A DNA stretch of 63,200 bases, the filler included, from Choristocarpus tenellus KU-1152 (taxonomy: Eukaryota; Protista; Phaeophyceae), in assembly GCA_964200185.2 (NCBI GenBank). It is 9 parts of 9 records of this genome, joined end to end, with 100 filler letters (N's around TTAATTAATTAA, not from the genome) between each part and the next. Parts side by side here need not be neighbours in the genome. Positions count along the whole stretch, not along the records: positions 1 to 9,603 come from CAXNAD020003542.1; positions 9,704 to 15,906 come from CAXNAD020008691.1; 7 more parts are not named here. One strand, 5' to 3'. The notes beneath the pieces are model-generated. The model made no database searches, was not told the DNA's origin, and worked only from the letters and a program-made list of their open reading frames with translations. Positions 1 to 12,700 of the stretch are shown here, in pieces. The position numbers were made by a program, and so were the translations under genes. Within the stretch, counting starts at the first letter, position 1. Each line of letters opens with the position of its first letter.

Positions 1-3000
1 GGTAACAGGGGAATGGCACGGGGTTCAGGCAACAGTGGGGCCCAGGTGTTGGTAGATGATGACCTTGTTGGTGGGGGAGGGGGGAATACCAGGGGCAGGG
101 CAGGGCGTTATGGGCAAAGGGGTGGTATATCAAATGGGAGGAAGGGGGCTGTTGTTGCTGATGCGGTTGCATCACAATGGGCAGATTCTCCACTTCTTAC
201 TGTTGCATCAGGCTCAGCAACAACTGCACAGCCTACGAGTGCTGTGCCTTCATGGGCCCAGGTGCTGGGGCAGGGGGAGCCGCTGTCACTTGGTGCTGCA
301 CCTGGGGGTGGTGGTGGTGGTGGCAGGGCAGGGTCGGATGTTTATGGCACGTTGCCTGTGCAAAGGCAGCAGCAGCCACCACAGCAGCCACCACAGCAGC
401 CATCACAGCAGCCATCACAGCAGCCGCAGCAACAGGTGAGACTTGTGTGGGCACTGCAATTATTCAATTATACATAATCATGTACCTGACTATTTGTTCT
501 CTATTATCTGTTTGTTGTTACACTCAATTGAAGGCCGCCATTCCCCTCTGCTCTGCCCGTGTCTTTAACTTTCAGGGATATAGATTGTTGGCATTTTATT
601 TGTGTGTTTGGTAGGAGACTGGTCGGCTTGTTGGGATATTGAGAAGTGTAATTTCCTTCACCCTTTGTGTAGCCTGGGCTCAACACCCCCCACCTGCAAA
701 TCTTCGGGGCAACCCACTTGGGTATCTTGTTTGTGTGTAGAGGTCCCTAGTATAGGTCAGTTACTTATTCTGTGTCTCATCAAAGCCAAGGCTATGGGCA
801 GAGGGAGGATAATGTCAAATGCCTCCCTGTATGTCCAGGCATACCCCGTTCCCTCCAAAATAAAGAGCACAAACCTCTCCCAAGCTCTCTCTTCCCCCCC
901 CTCCCCCCCACTTCTCTTCCTGTATCTGTCTCACTGGATCATATGTTGGTCGCTAGTTTCAGTTTAGTGTATGTGAAGATCAGTGTGATCCTCTAGTACT
1001 ATGATCAGTCATTTTGATGTTACATGAGTCACTCAGAACTGGTGCTGTCTCTCCCTCTCACCGCCATCCTGGTAATGTGTTGGTTAACTCGTTCTTGTGA
1101 TCGATCTGATATTTTAAACTGAAGAATGGTGGATTTCACTGTCCTTTTGTTGTCATCAAGTTGTGTCGCCCTTGCCTGTTGCTCCTCACAACTTTGTCAG
1201 CCTCTCTTATTTTCCCAATCGACTCCCATTCTTACTATCATGATTGTTTTCTATTTGGTCCATTGTATCCTGTGGTAGAGGGTGTTTGTAGTACTCTGTT
1301 GGCATTTGTTTGTATTGTTGTGGGTAGTAAACAAGAGTCCCAAGAATTGCATTAAAGCTTTTAGATACTGGGTTCTTGTACAGGTGTTGAGGGTATACAC
1401 CTCCAGTGGCAAGGGAAAATACCATTTTTTTGCTCAAATGGGGAGCTGTGCCTACACAGTTTCCCCTCCATTTCTAGGTTACACATAAGTGTTCAATGGA
1501 GTCTTTTCTGCCCCTATCCTGTCTCCCCCCCCCCTCACCAATGGATTCAGTCACACACCACTCATTCATATGTGTGGGGAGAGGGAGGGGGAACACTCTC
1601 TTTCCCATGACTTTTTGATACCATATTTTGATGCCGAACCTCCACTGCATGCCTTCAGTGCATCCTTTCTTGACTTTGCTATCAATTTCGTGTCCTTGGC
1701 TGTGACCTTGGCTGTGACCTTGGCTGACGCTGTTGCTTCGCTTGTGTGTATGAAATGCTTTGAGTAGATCTTAGTGGATTAGTAGACAGGTAAATTGCCA
1801 TATTTAGTGATGGAAATAATTTTTTTCAATTTTTGTTGTGATTTGCCTTTACCTATTTTCATCTCTTCTCTCTTTGGTGGGACTAAAAGAAGCAAGTGCG
1901 ATTGGAACACCCCATGCTTGTTTTAGAATTGCCTCCCTTGTTGTTATGAGACTTGCATCTGAACAGGTGCATGGTTGATGCTGACCTCTCATGCATATGC
2001 ATGTTGTCCTCTTGTTGCCTCCACCCTCATACTGTACATCCAAATCCATCTCCACACCTACAACAGCTGGTACTGATGAGTTGCCACCTGAAGTGAGCTC
2101 ACCTCGAACCATTGATATGAAGTCCTTTCCCTTCAACCTGGTGCAACGTATTCAGCTCCTCTGGAAACCATAATCCAAAGTAGCACAACTTGACAACTAC
2201 ACCTACTGCCGCCACAGCAACCACTACCAAAACCAACCCCTCTACTTAGTCACGCACTTGATACAGTATATGCAGTAGAAGGGAGGGTAGGCTTGATATT
2301 GAGATCGTGTCCAAAGGAAGGCATGAGTCCAAAATTCTATAGTGTTCCAGATGTATTAAGGAGAGGGCCTTGGACAAGAGCTGAATATGGGAGGTGGATG
2401 CTGCCAAACCAGGCCTCGTTGTATACTTGGTGATAGCCTGGAGAGATGTTTCGCCTCTATCTTTCATCAGTTGTTCTGGTCCAATTAAATAACCATCACC
2501 TTCCATCACCCTCCGCCACGAGACTTTTCCGCTTGTCACCACTGTAGAAGATAGTAGCCAGAGGGGAGATGATGGTGAAGGATAGCTGTATGTGTGCTCC
2601 TCCATCTTTCTTTATCCTTTCCTTTCCTATCTATCCATCACTGCCAATATGTCTACGGAGGCTTAGAGGCTTGTGATTCCCAACCCATCCCAACCCTACC
2701 CCCCGACTTCCCCCCCCATACCCCTTTGCCCATCTTCCCCATTACCCACAAGCCCCCTTCCGGTATAGAGAGGTGTTGCTGCTCCATGCACTGCGAGGTC
2801 CCTTTTGTAGGGAGGCATTTACTGCTCCTCACAAGTTTGCTGTGGCAAAGCTGCTCTGCCCTGTCTCTTCCCCCCTCACCTGTCCTCAATTCTCTGCACC
2901 CCTTACCTTTTCGTCCCTTCTGTCCCCCTACCTATCTCTCTTCGTATCCTCGTCATCCTCAATACCCCTGCTGTTCCTGTGTGGTGTGGTTCAATATTTC

Positions 3001-4481
3001 ATGCACCCCCTCTGCCCCCCCCTCCCAACCGCTCGCCCCCACCCCCTTCTCCCCACCCCCCTCATTTCCTATTCACAAATACTCTTGCAAATATGGTGCA
3101 TATAATGCCACTATGTGTGCAGACTGCTGCGCCACAGCAAGGCACATGGGTACAGCAGCCATCTCCGCAGCAAGTACAGTATCTACCCCCACAGTCAGAA
3201 ACCTCTCAGCCACAACAGGTGTACCAACAGGGGATGACGAAGCCGCAGCAACAGCTCACACAGCAGCAGCAGCCACTGCAGTATCAGCCCCCCGCCCAGC
3301 AACAACAGCAGACCCAGATGCAGCAGCCACCCCAGCAGCAACAGCAGCCTGCAGGGCAGTTCTCATCCCCAGCCTCTCGGCAGGCTGCCCCGCAACAACC
3401 ACCTGTCTATCAACCCCCTCAACAGCAGCAGCAGCAGCGTACTCAGCAGACAATGCCACAGTATGCCCCACCACAGCAACAGCTTGTAGTGCCTGGGGCA
3501 TCCCCAGCCCCTGTCTCATCCACACCTCCACAGCAGCAGCAGCAGCAGCAGCAGCAGCGGCAACAGCAACAGCAAGCGGTGTATCGTACCTCAACACAAG
3601 CCCCCCTGCCGCAGCCACCACAACAGCCGGTTGGGCATCAACACCCTCTGCCCCAGACCCTGCAACCCCCCCCCACGTTCCAGCAACAGACACAGCCTGT
3701 GCAACAGCATCCAAGAGTCCAGTATCAGCAGGGCTCACAGCCGGGGGGGGTCGTTGGCAGCCCGCAGCCCCCACAGCAGTTGGGGCAGAAGGTTGTGTCA
3801 ACCCAGCCTCCTCTCTTGCAGCAATCTACAGGCCAGGCACAGCAGCAGCACCAGCAGGCCACACAGCAGGTGCAGCACTATCACCATACGAGTGCCCCTG
3901 GGGAGTACCCTCAGCAGGTGCGCCGGCAGGCAGCTCCATCCTCTTCACCGTCGCTTGCCCCAGCCCCAGTGCCAGCTGAACTGACACAGCAGTTGTTATC
4001 GCAAGCTACTCAGCCGTCAATGGAAGTCCGCATTCCGGAGGCATCGGTGAGAGATTGTTTCCCCCATCTTCCCTGTGTCCCTGAACTTTTATATTGATCA
4101 GGTCAGAGTTAGAACCCAGCTTAACCCTAGCCCCAGCCCTTTAGTTGTTGTGTTATTATTTATAGCATAGAGTGGGATGTACATCAAGGAACAGTACTGG
4201 GGAGGTCTCTTTTTTGTACGAAGCAAATAATAGTGTTGGTGTAATTGGTGTTATGGTTTGGGCTAGATGGGTTTGGAAGAGGTGTTGTGTACTGCTTGGT
4301 AGTAGTGGTATGTGTGAGTATGTACCCCACCACTTGGAACTTTTTTCAATTCCTGATAATACCAACTTGTGGTGTGCTGAGTCTTCACCGAAGCTTGTAC
4401 TTGTAACTCCTAAGTATTTGCCATTTTTTTCACCAGTCATGCCCTCATTGATTGGCCTTGTACATAATTTGGTGACAGAGT

Positions 4482-4525
<44 letters not shown>

Positions 4526-6240
4526 ATTGCATGAAACTGTTGGTGTATGCATGTGTCCATACCATGCTGTAGGTCAAAGTTAAAATGACTGCCCTTCTAT
4601 TCTACTGTAGGGGTGTAGTATCCACTCTGTATCCACATGAGTGGAGTGCAGCGGTAGTCATCAACTGGTTGTGTGAGGATGGCTTTGCCCTTGCCTGTAT
4701 TGGCCATGGCCACATACCGCTGAAATTAGCTAGCCCCAGTCCAATCTCAAACTTTGTGGCTTTTTTTATTATTATTATTATTGAAATAGGTTGAAAGTCC
4801 CAAAATCAAGCTGATGTATTTCTGAATCTGATGCACGGTTTCTGTTCACCTGTGTGAGTTTTGTGGTTTGATAAAAGTGTTTCTTCTACGGCCTCTCTGA
4901 CCTCCCAATTCCTCGAATTCACACACTTAGCCCACTTGCCTTTATTTCCATACAAGTGAGCACTCTGATGTACAACCTGAAGTTGATTGTAATCATTACA
5001 CATTGATGTAATTGCCCCCTCTTTTATGTTGCCATGTTTTGTTGTTGGCTACAGGTGGGTTATGTATTTGGCAAAGGTGGAAACACTATTGCTGATGTGA
5101 AGGCCAAATCAGGAGTCCAAATCACCAGCGATGTAAGTGCAGTCCTTGTGTTGTCTAGCATCTCTCCTGGTACTGTTTTCGTGGTTGTGAGCTACAAGTT
5201 TCTTGATATTCTCTTGACCTGCCTCTTTTTGAGGGCAGCCTGGTGTTGAAATATCCGAAAATTGTATGTATGACATTTTGTTCTCATGTTTGTAGTTGCG
5301 ATGGGAAAGTCATGGCTGTATAGTCAGATAGCTGGATCTTGCGGGTATTTCCCTGTTTTGATGGTGAAGGCTTCTTTTTTGTTGTTGTACATCTTTCATT
5401 GTTTTTTTTGCTTTTCAGCTCTAGGATTTCACAAAAAAACAAGAAGCATTCCACTACAAATAATAGTAAGAGTTGTGTGTTTGTGTGTTGGTGCAGTGGT
5501 GCAATTTTGTTGTTTGCGTTACTTGTTCATGGTGAAAGATCAAGATCCCATGTATGGAGTGCACTAGAGAGAGATTGGTCTCCTTCACTGATGAAAGGGT
5601 GGCAGCAGTCCAGGAACTATTTATAATTGGGATAGCACTGACAATAGGACTACCTTGTGTGTCTGTGCATGTACCGATTGACTTGATTCCATTGGCCAGT
5701 CATCCTGGTAGTTTTTCTGGAGATCCCGCACTTACCTTCCTTCCTTCCTTTCACTCTGTTGTTGTTGCTGTGATGCAGAGCTCAGTTGATGGCAGTGGGT
5801 CTCGCCTTCTTCATGTGAGGGGAGAGATGGCAAACATACAGACGGCCATTGGACTCCTCAACGACCTTGTTGTCAAGTAAGAGGGAGGGGGAAGGGTTGG
5901 ATTGTTTTATGGGAGTATATGGGAGCCTAGAAGCACATGCATTACCTTTGATGAGTGTGTTATATTGTGGTTGGCACTGTTGTATCACTGTGGACTATTT
6001 TCTTGTTAAGTATTTTCCTAGAGTAGATCTGATTGACTTTGGAGATTTGTGCAGCCTGGCAATATCATAACTCTACCTTCCCGTGGGACCTGAGACTCCC
6101 TCGCCCCCTACTCACATTCTCCTCCTACTCTGATACTGTGTTGTTGGTCTCATCAAATGCTGTGTCACAGGTGGCAGTCACTGCCCCCAAAACGCCAGCC
6201 AAAGGGATATCGAGGAAGTGGTGGTACTGGACGCTACTAG
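1..6240 (+). CDS. Q/P-rich protein with C-terminal KH RNA-binding domain, 5'-partial; exons <1-435, 3123-4046, 5055-5132, 5779-5876, 6171-6240
   Basis: All introns are GT-AG with consistent phases (0,0,0,2). Splicing gives MEVRIPEAS|VGYVFGKGGNTIADVKAKSGVQITSD|SSVDGSGSRLLHVRGEMANIQTAIGLLNDLVVK|WQSLPPKRQPKGYRGSGGTGRY*, a KH type-I pattern with a GxxG (GKGG) loop, preceded by long Q-rich exons. Confidence 0.85.
4490..4522. repeat. (TG)n microsatellite, intronic
   Basis: Perfect TG run. Confidence 0.95.
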
Positions 6241-9200
6241 AAGCGCTGGGTTGGACATGGCTGTGGCAGTGATAATGTTGATTTCCTAAGAAGATGCTGC
6301 TGCAACAGCCAACATATTGAACTGAACAGTGTTGACAAACCTTGAGATGATGATATCCACAGAACTTTGATGGAGGTGGACTGCTTCATTAGAGGCCTGC
6401 CTTGCCATCTGTGATGTGGTGTAAAGCAATGTTTATGGGAGAGGCTGTTGCGTAGATATAATTGCAAGGTTGTCTTTGTTGTTGCTTGTTTGTGTATGTG
6501 TGTGTGTGTGTGCGTGTGGATTTATAACCCAGCCCTTCTACGGGGACAGTCAGTTGTATGCTTTGCCATGGACCTTTGTTGGACGGTTATGCCACACATT
6601 ATCCCCCACCCCACCCACCCACCTTCTGCACTCTTGGACAATTGTAAAATACCTGAGGAAGATTGCCAAGTGCATTGTCTTGCTAGCTTGTACAGCTGGG
6701 CATTTTGGCTGGAGATTAGGTGTCAAGGGTGGACCACCCTTGATATATGATAGATGTAGTCATCACGTAGCAGTGCTTAAAGTGCCCACACCAATGCAGG
6801 CACTTTTTCGTGCTAAAGCTATGTCTACAATTTCCGTGGGTTATATATTTTTCGATTCCGTGCTTGGAGTAATAGTACAAGTGCGATTTTTAGGAAATAG
6901 TGTTGAAGGAACATCACCATTGGAAGTAAGAAATTTCAGTTACGACACACTGGGGCCAAGTGGAGTGCAGTGTTTATTAGTAGTAGTGGTGGAGTGAGAG
7001 ATGGGTTCTCTTGTGAGATTCCTTGCATTTGACGGGTTTTTTTAGTGAATGTGTGATGGTGGTGAGCATTACCTAACACACAGAGATAAGAAAACCATTT
7101 TTGAAGTATCAAGTGCCGGAGTAGACGTCAACTCTATAGTAAGTGGTGTGTCTGACTTTGTGTTCTTTGTTGTATGTGGAGTATTTGAGTGGTGGTACAC
7201 AAGCAGTAAGTGAAGGGAGTGGCAATGTGATCAACATTTTTCTTGGTAATGTGGACAGAGTATCTTATTCTACTGCTGATGATGGTGGACTTCTCCTCGT
7301 GTGTTGTGTTTTATGGTGATGTTTGTGTACGTTGGAAAGCGGTTGTGGTGTATGGTGATGTGAAAGTAGAAAAGCACTACTACTGCTACTACGTTATGAG
7401 GTGGTTATTTGGCCTCCTAACAGACAGGATCAAAAAGGTGACCCCCTGCTTACACCATATCATTTCAAGCTTCCATTCATTGTAGGAATGAAAAATGCTA
7501 ACAAGAATCAATTACTATCATTTTGTGTATTTTTTTCTTTCAGCAACCAACCAATCGATGTTGTTACAACAGGTAAGAAAGGTTTCCACTGTAGTGACTA
7601 CAATCTCACCTCGCCGTGCGCATGTGTGAACATTTAGGAACATTCATGACAGTGTAGAAGACTACCAATAACAGTCATGTATGTGAAGGAGAGGGAAAGC
7701 TTTTTATATCCATTATTCTAGCAGTACTGAGTTACCCTGGTTGCTCGGAAATCTTCTGTTCTGGGAGACCCAAAAGTCCATTCAAAAGCCTAACCAGATC
7801 ATGTCTGTTTAACAAGCACTACTCCAAGACATCCTAGAAGACATGTTCTAATAAGATATAACGGTTTGTATTTTCTCCATTCTAACATTTAACTTTGTAT
7901 GTGGTCTGCACTGTACAGTGTCATGGTAAAAAATGCAAGTCTAAAAGCCCAAAACATGTTAGAAATCCAAACCAATCTCCTGTGATGTGAACTATTGGGA
8001 TGGAGACTTTTGCAAATCCTTAAGGCATGTTGCACAAATACAAACGCACATTGACTGGCTCGGCACTGCCGTTTTCAACCCCAACCAAGGCTTGGCCATC
8101 GTCGAGAATGATACCAATAACAGAATACATTGTTGGACAAAAGAACTGCATCAAATCCATGCCCGAGCCTCCTCCCTAACCCGCATCCCTTTAACAGTCA
8201 CTCAAACACATCCTGGAAGACACTGTAACCATAGAGGGGTGTAAGTTGAGTGACTATACATCACCTTCTGATATCTGGTCTCCACACTACCCCAGTTCTA
8301 CCTACATCAAAACATGCTGCACGGAATAAGTCCGCCCTTTTAACACACAGAGCACTTCTGGGATGCATTTCTACTTTTTCCACTTCCATCATGCGAAGTC
8401 CTAAGAACTGCAGACACACCCTGGAATTGGGAAAGGTCACCAAGGTCAAAAATCTCGTGATCACTGGGGTCGGGATTGGGGCTGTTGCTGGAGGTACTGA
8501 TGCTCCCATCCTCCTCCCATGTGAGCAAGGCGAATGCAAGGTGAACATTAGTGAATCCATAATGTGTTGTCCTTCTCCCACTGGTTCCAAGCAAGATAGA
8601 CGCACATATGTGTTATCCTCAATTATAGGGCAAATATACTGTGCCACCAGTATCTGGTTTGCTATGCCTCCTCAAGAGCAAGTGAGGGTTGGCTGTGATG
8701 ATTGTGGATATCAAATATGAAGGTGGAAACTTCGGTGCTGGCCCAGCAGAATAGTTGAGGGACGAGATGGAGCCAAGAGTGGTGGGAGTGCTGAACCCAA
8801 CTCATGAGAAGTAAGGCAGGAACAAAGGTAGTACACTTAGTTATAGTCCAACATTTAGTCAGTACCTGGTATGAAAAGTGAAGTGTGTGGAGTGCCTGAT
8901 GATGAGTGAGGATAGTTTTATTACCCATACAATAGTGCGACAATATTAAAAATAGAAACAATAGCATACACTACAACACGCCCACCACCCCAATCACTCC
9001 TTTCCTAACAACACACAGTTCCTCCACTATTTTATTTACACTGGGATAAGTGCAAAACAATCCCTAGGTTTCATTGTCACTATCTCAGAATGCTGGTCAC
9101 GGAATTTCAAGTTACCTCTGCACCCCCTCACTCCTTAGGAATTGCTACCTTACCATGGGAGAGTTAACCCACCTATTTGTTTTCAGTTTGACTCGAGCAT

Positions 9201-9423
9201 GTACTACCCAAAGAATTAAAATGAGAACGAATGTGAAATTTAAGGAGATTATTATGTTCTTGCGATCTGCCTTCGTGTTTGTCTCACAGAAATGCAATAT
9301 TCACACTTGTGGGCTGCCCGTTTCCTAGCTTCTCTTGCTTTTGTAGAAGTCACAACATTACAACCATACTGCAGTAGAGCCATACAGGATCAAGAAGTCG
9401 GGTCTAAGAGAGGGCAATAGCCC

Positions 9424-9563
9424 TATGAAGTTCACATAGCCCCCTCTGCCACCCCTGCCCGGAGCAGGGCTCCAACATCGTCATTCGCTCCAGCCCTTTC
9501 CAGTAGTGTGTTCACCAGACATGATGCTGCCCTTTGTGTGTCCTCATTGTCGTGATGTCTGAC
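9424..9563 (-). CDS. Possible ARM-like exon of a partial gene converging on the KH gene; a further candidate exon lies at about 8408-8305
   Basis: After a gacag acceptor it reads VRHHDNEDTQRAASCLVNTLLERAGANDDVGALLRAGVAEGAM, resembling the ARM-like repeats at 54.6-59.8 kb. Donor and downstream joins are unresolved. Confidence 0.3.
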
Positions 9564-9603
9564 CTGTCTTTAACATTGTAGGGGGAAGGGGGGGGGGTGA
9601 GGG

Positions 9604-9703
9604 NNNNNNNNNNNNNNNNNNNNNNNNNNNNNNNNNNNNNNNNNNNNTTAATTAATTAANNNNNNNNNNNNNNNNNNNNNNNNNNNNNNNNNNNNNNNNN
9701 NNN
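9604..9703. other. Artificial contig linker N44-TTAATTAATTAA-N44
   Basis: 100-nt spacer with stops in all six frames, repeated identically eight times. Confidence 0.98.
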
Positions 9704-12700
9704 CTGTATAATCCCACCAGATGCATGCCCCATCATTTGCTGGCCACCCTCGCTAACATCACCAGCCCCAGCCCGTGATCCAGACATACGCCTCACAACT
9801 GGCACTGTCCCCTCCTCCCCTTCTACTACACCACCCCCAACAACGATACCCTTGGGGTACTCGGTAATGGACAATCTCCTCCCTCTCAAATCCCTTTTTG
9901 GAAGGAACTTTTCCCCACCTCTACGAGGTTTGTGGAGTGTTGAGAGCTCCACAAACTGTACTGCTGGATGCAGATTTGGGAGAGCGGCATCAGTTACATC
10001 AACTGCTTCAGTTCGTGACCGCTCTCTTGAACTGCTCTTTGCAAACCGGCTCCTGTTATCCTTCCCACTAGCACGGCAATCAATGATCATGAAACCGCAA
10101 GACCGATCGCCAGCCCTCCACCCCAACCCCTTCCCTGCCCCCCCAGCCCCCGTTGACTCCCGATCGGGAGAGCCCACGGCTGAACCCCCGTCCCCTCAGA
10201 AACTCGTTTTCCGNNNNNNNNNNCACCCCAACCCCTTCCCTGCCCCCCCAGCCCTCGTTGACTCCCCTTCCACAAAGGATGCATCTTTCTGAGGGCTTTC
10301 TTCTGCAACTACCTCATGGTTGAGGGATGATGATTGTCCGCCAGGCATTGGGTAAATCAAACGTGCTAGTTCATCTGCATCAGCCCGTATAACGCCTGCA
10401 CCCTGTATATCCAAGCAGAATTGTTCTTGTTGTTCAAAAGCTCAAAAGGCTTCAGAGTGCAAGGAGGAGGGGGGGGGGGGGGAAGGGCCTCCAGCTTCTG
10501 CGTTCTGAGTCACAGCAAAGTATCAAAAGGGGGACAGATGAGGGGATGACCATACCATTCTTGGACATCAACAAAATGACTTTTCCGATGATGTCATGAC
10601 ACAAAAGAATAATTGTTGGAGAAAATCTGCTACCACCAAACATTGAAGCCATTCCTGCACTACATGACATAGGAAAATGCATAGCTTGACTAGATTCTTT
10701 TTCTGTCACAAACAGGCATTATCAACGAGGCGGTAAAATGAAAATATACCCACAGAAATTTTCAAATGACGCACACATTAAGGCCACCAACTGATAGACT
10801 TAACCCAAAAACCCACAGAGTCAGGCATTCAATACAGCACACAAAAACTTGGATAATGTGACAGCAGAGGGGCCAGAAAATCGTCATCTGGTGGACAGTT
10901 ATTCCTACCAATCTATTCATTCCTTTCTTTTGCCTTGCTGTCATCACCTACCCGTGCCCAATAAAAATGGGATCAGAAACATACATTAAGTAGCCCATCC
11001 TTGAGAGATTCCATGCTTTCCAAAAACATCTCCTCTTACCTGGACCTCCCTCATCAAGGCAGCTCTCTCCCCCTCCTCCCCCAGACATCCTCCAATCTTG
11101 CTGGCTCCCATCTCCTCAGCATCCATCCCACCCCTTCCATAGCACAATAACTCCACGTGCCGCTCATAGTGACAGGGTGTGGCTGCTCGTATCTCCGCTG
11201 CAGCAGCCCACAGGTGGTCCACATCCTGGAGGCTACCAATGCACATTCTAGTGATAGTCTCAGGCACATAGTCACAATTAGTCTCCAGAAGGAGTTGCCG
11301 ATTGGTGACGACCCAGCCCACTGCCAGAAACTGAACAAGCACAGGTTCTCCTGTCTTGACCAGGCGTTCCCATAGGTCAAGCAATTGCGGGGTGGGTGTG
11401 TGCCGAGCAAACACCGTGACAAACCTAATGGAGAGCAACAAACGATCTGTTGGATCGGGGGTATCACTGTGCTGTCTGCAACGATGTTAGAGTGAGGATC
11501 AATTCTGTTTGCCACTGTGGCAATACCTCGGTACAATCCCATGTCAATACTCTAAAGTCCAACGCCACATTGGCAGCCTGCTTGGTACCAAGGAGGTACC
11601 CTACTCCCAAAATTACCAACAATAATATTAACAATATAACAATACATCATTCTAAGAAGATAAAGGGTATAGCGCAAGAAGCAACACTTTGTAGACCAAT
11701 CAAGTAGCTTCAATATCTCATTTAGGATACCTTCGCTCAACAACCTTCCCCATCCTCTCAATATTGACTGTACTTACGTAGGCACAGGTACTCCTCTGTA
11801 GGCTAGAACACAACTTTAAACTGAATCTGATACAGTTCCACAATAAAGCAGTTACATCAAAGACATCAACTCATCAACAAGAGGCCCTTCCTCCCTAGCA
11901 CCCTGTAGTATCTCCTCACCCCACTCTCACTCCCACACCTCCCCCAACCTTCTACACCACGATCAAGGGGTGATATTTGACTGACCAAGGGGCAGCGTAC
12001 ACATCTGGGGTCATTTGGCAGTTAGCCAGGTACTCAGCCAGCTGAGGATCATGGTACCAGAGCAGCTGAGTAAATAGAGACAGGTGGGCATGCAGAACAT
12101 CTTCCTCCTTGAACATAAGGGGCATAACAGAATCTAAGAATGCACTGAAGCACCTATAGTAGAGGAGGGTGTCAGAGGATCAACAAAGATGAACACAAGG
12201 TGGTGATCGCGTGTCGTATGCCTTGATAAATAAATTCACTCAATCTTGATTTAATGTCGTGGTTTGTGTTAGGGGGTGAGAGGGGTTACATCTTATCGAA
12301 AGTGGGCTTGGTTGTCTGTTCAAAATCTGCCTCTCTGAAGGTGAAGTGCGGCTCCATGGCACTCTACAGGTCTACCACTCTTATCATCTTTCACCAGGAT
12401 TCTGACCGCATTAGACCTTCAAAATTGAGCATACTTTCAACTCTAGATCAGACCTACAAAATAGTCACACATGTGCATCTTGAATACCATTCAAGAGCCT
12501 CATGGTTGATTATGCATTTGTCAGGTCACATTTTTCGAGGTGCAGAAAGTTTAGGTGTCAAGGTCATTGTGCAAAATACGCTGGAGTCAACATCTCAATA
12601 TACTACGTCAATGTGTCGGACAATTTTGGTCGTGCATGCCTACCTTGTCTCGTAAATGCTACAAGTTCATACCATACCAACACAACTCTTGTCCATAATA

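Noticed and set aside
2594-3979. 461-aa Ala/Thr-rich ORF and antisense ORF 3256-3801
   Set aside because: Shadow frames of the CAG-rich KH-gene exon; only the Gln frame splices in phase into the KH domain.
9604-9703. Recurrent TTAATTAATTAA motif flanked by Ns, as a biological repeat or array
   Set aside because: Identical 100-nt all-frame-stop linker added during contig concatenation; ORFs ending in XXX-LIN are artefacts.
10118-10266. Duplicated ESTxAGGAGKGLG segment in the TBC gene
   Set aside because: It straddles a 10-N scaffold gap, so the frame and true copy number cannot be trusted; it may be an assembly or allelic overlap.
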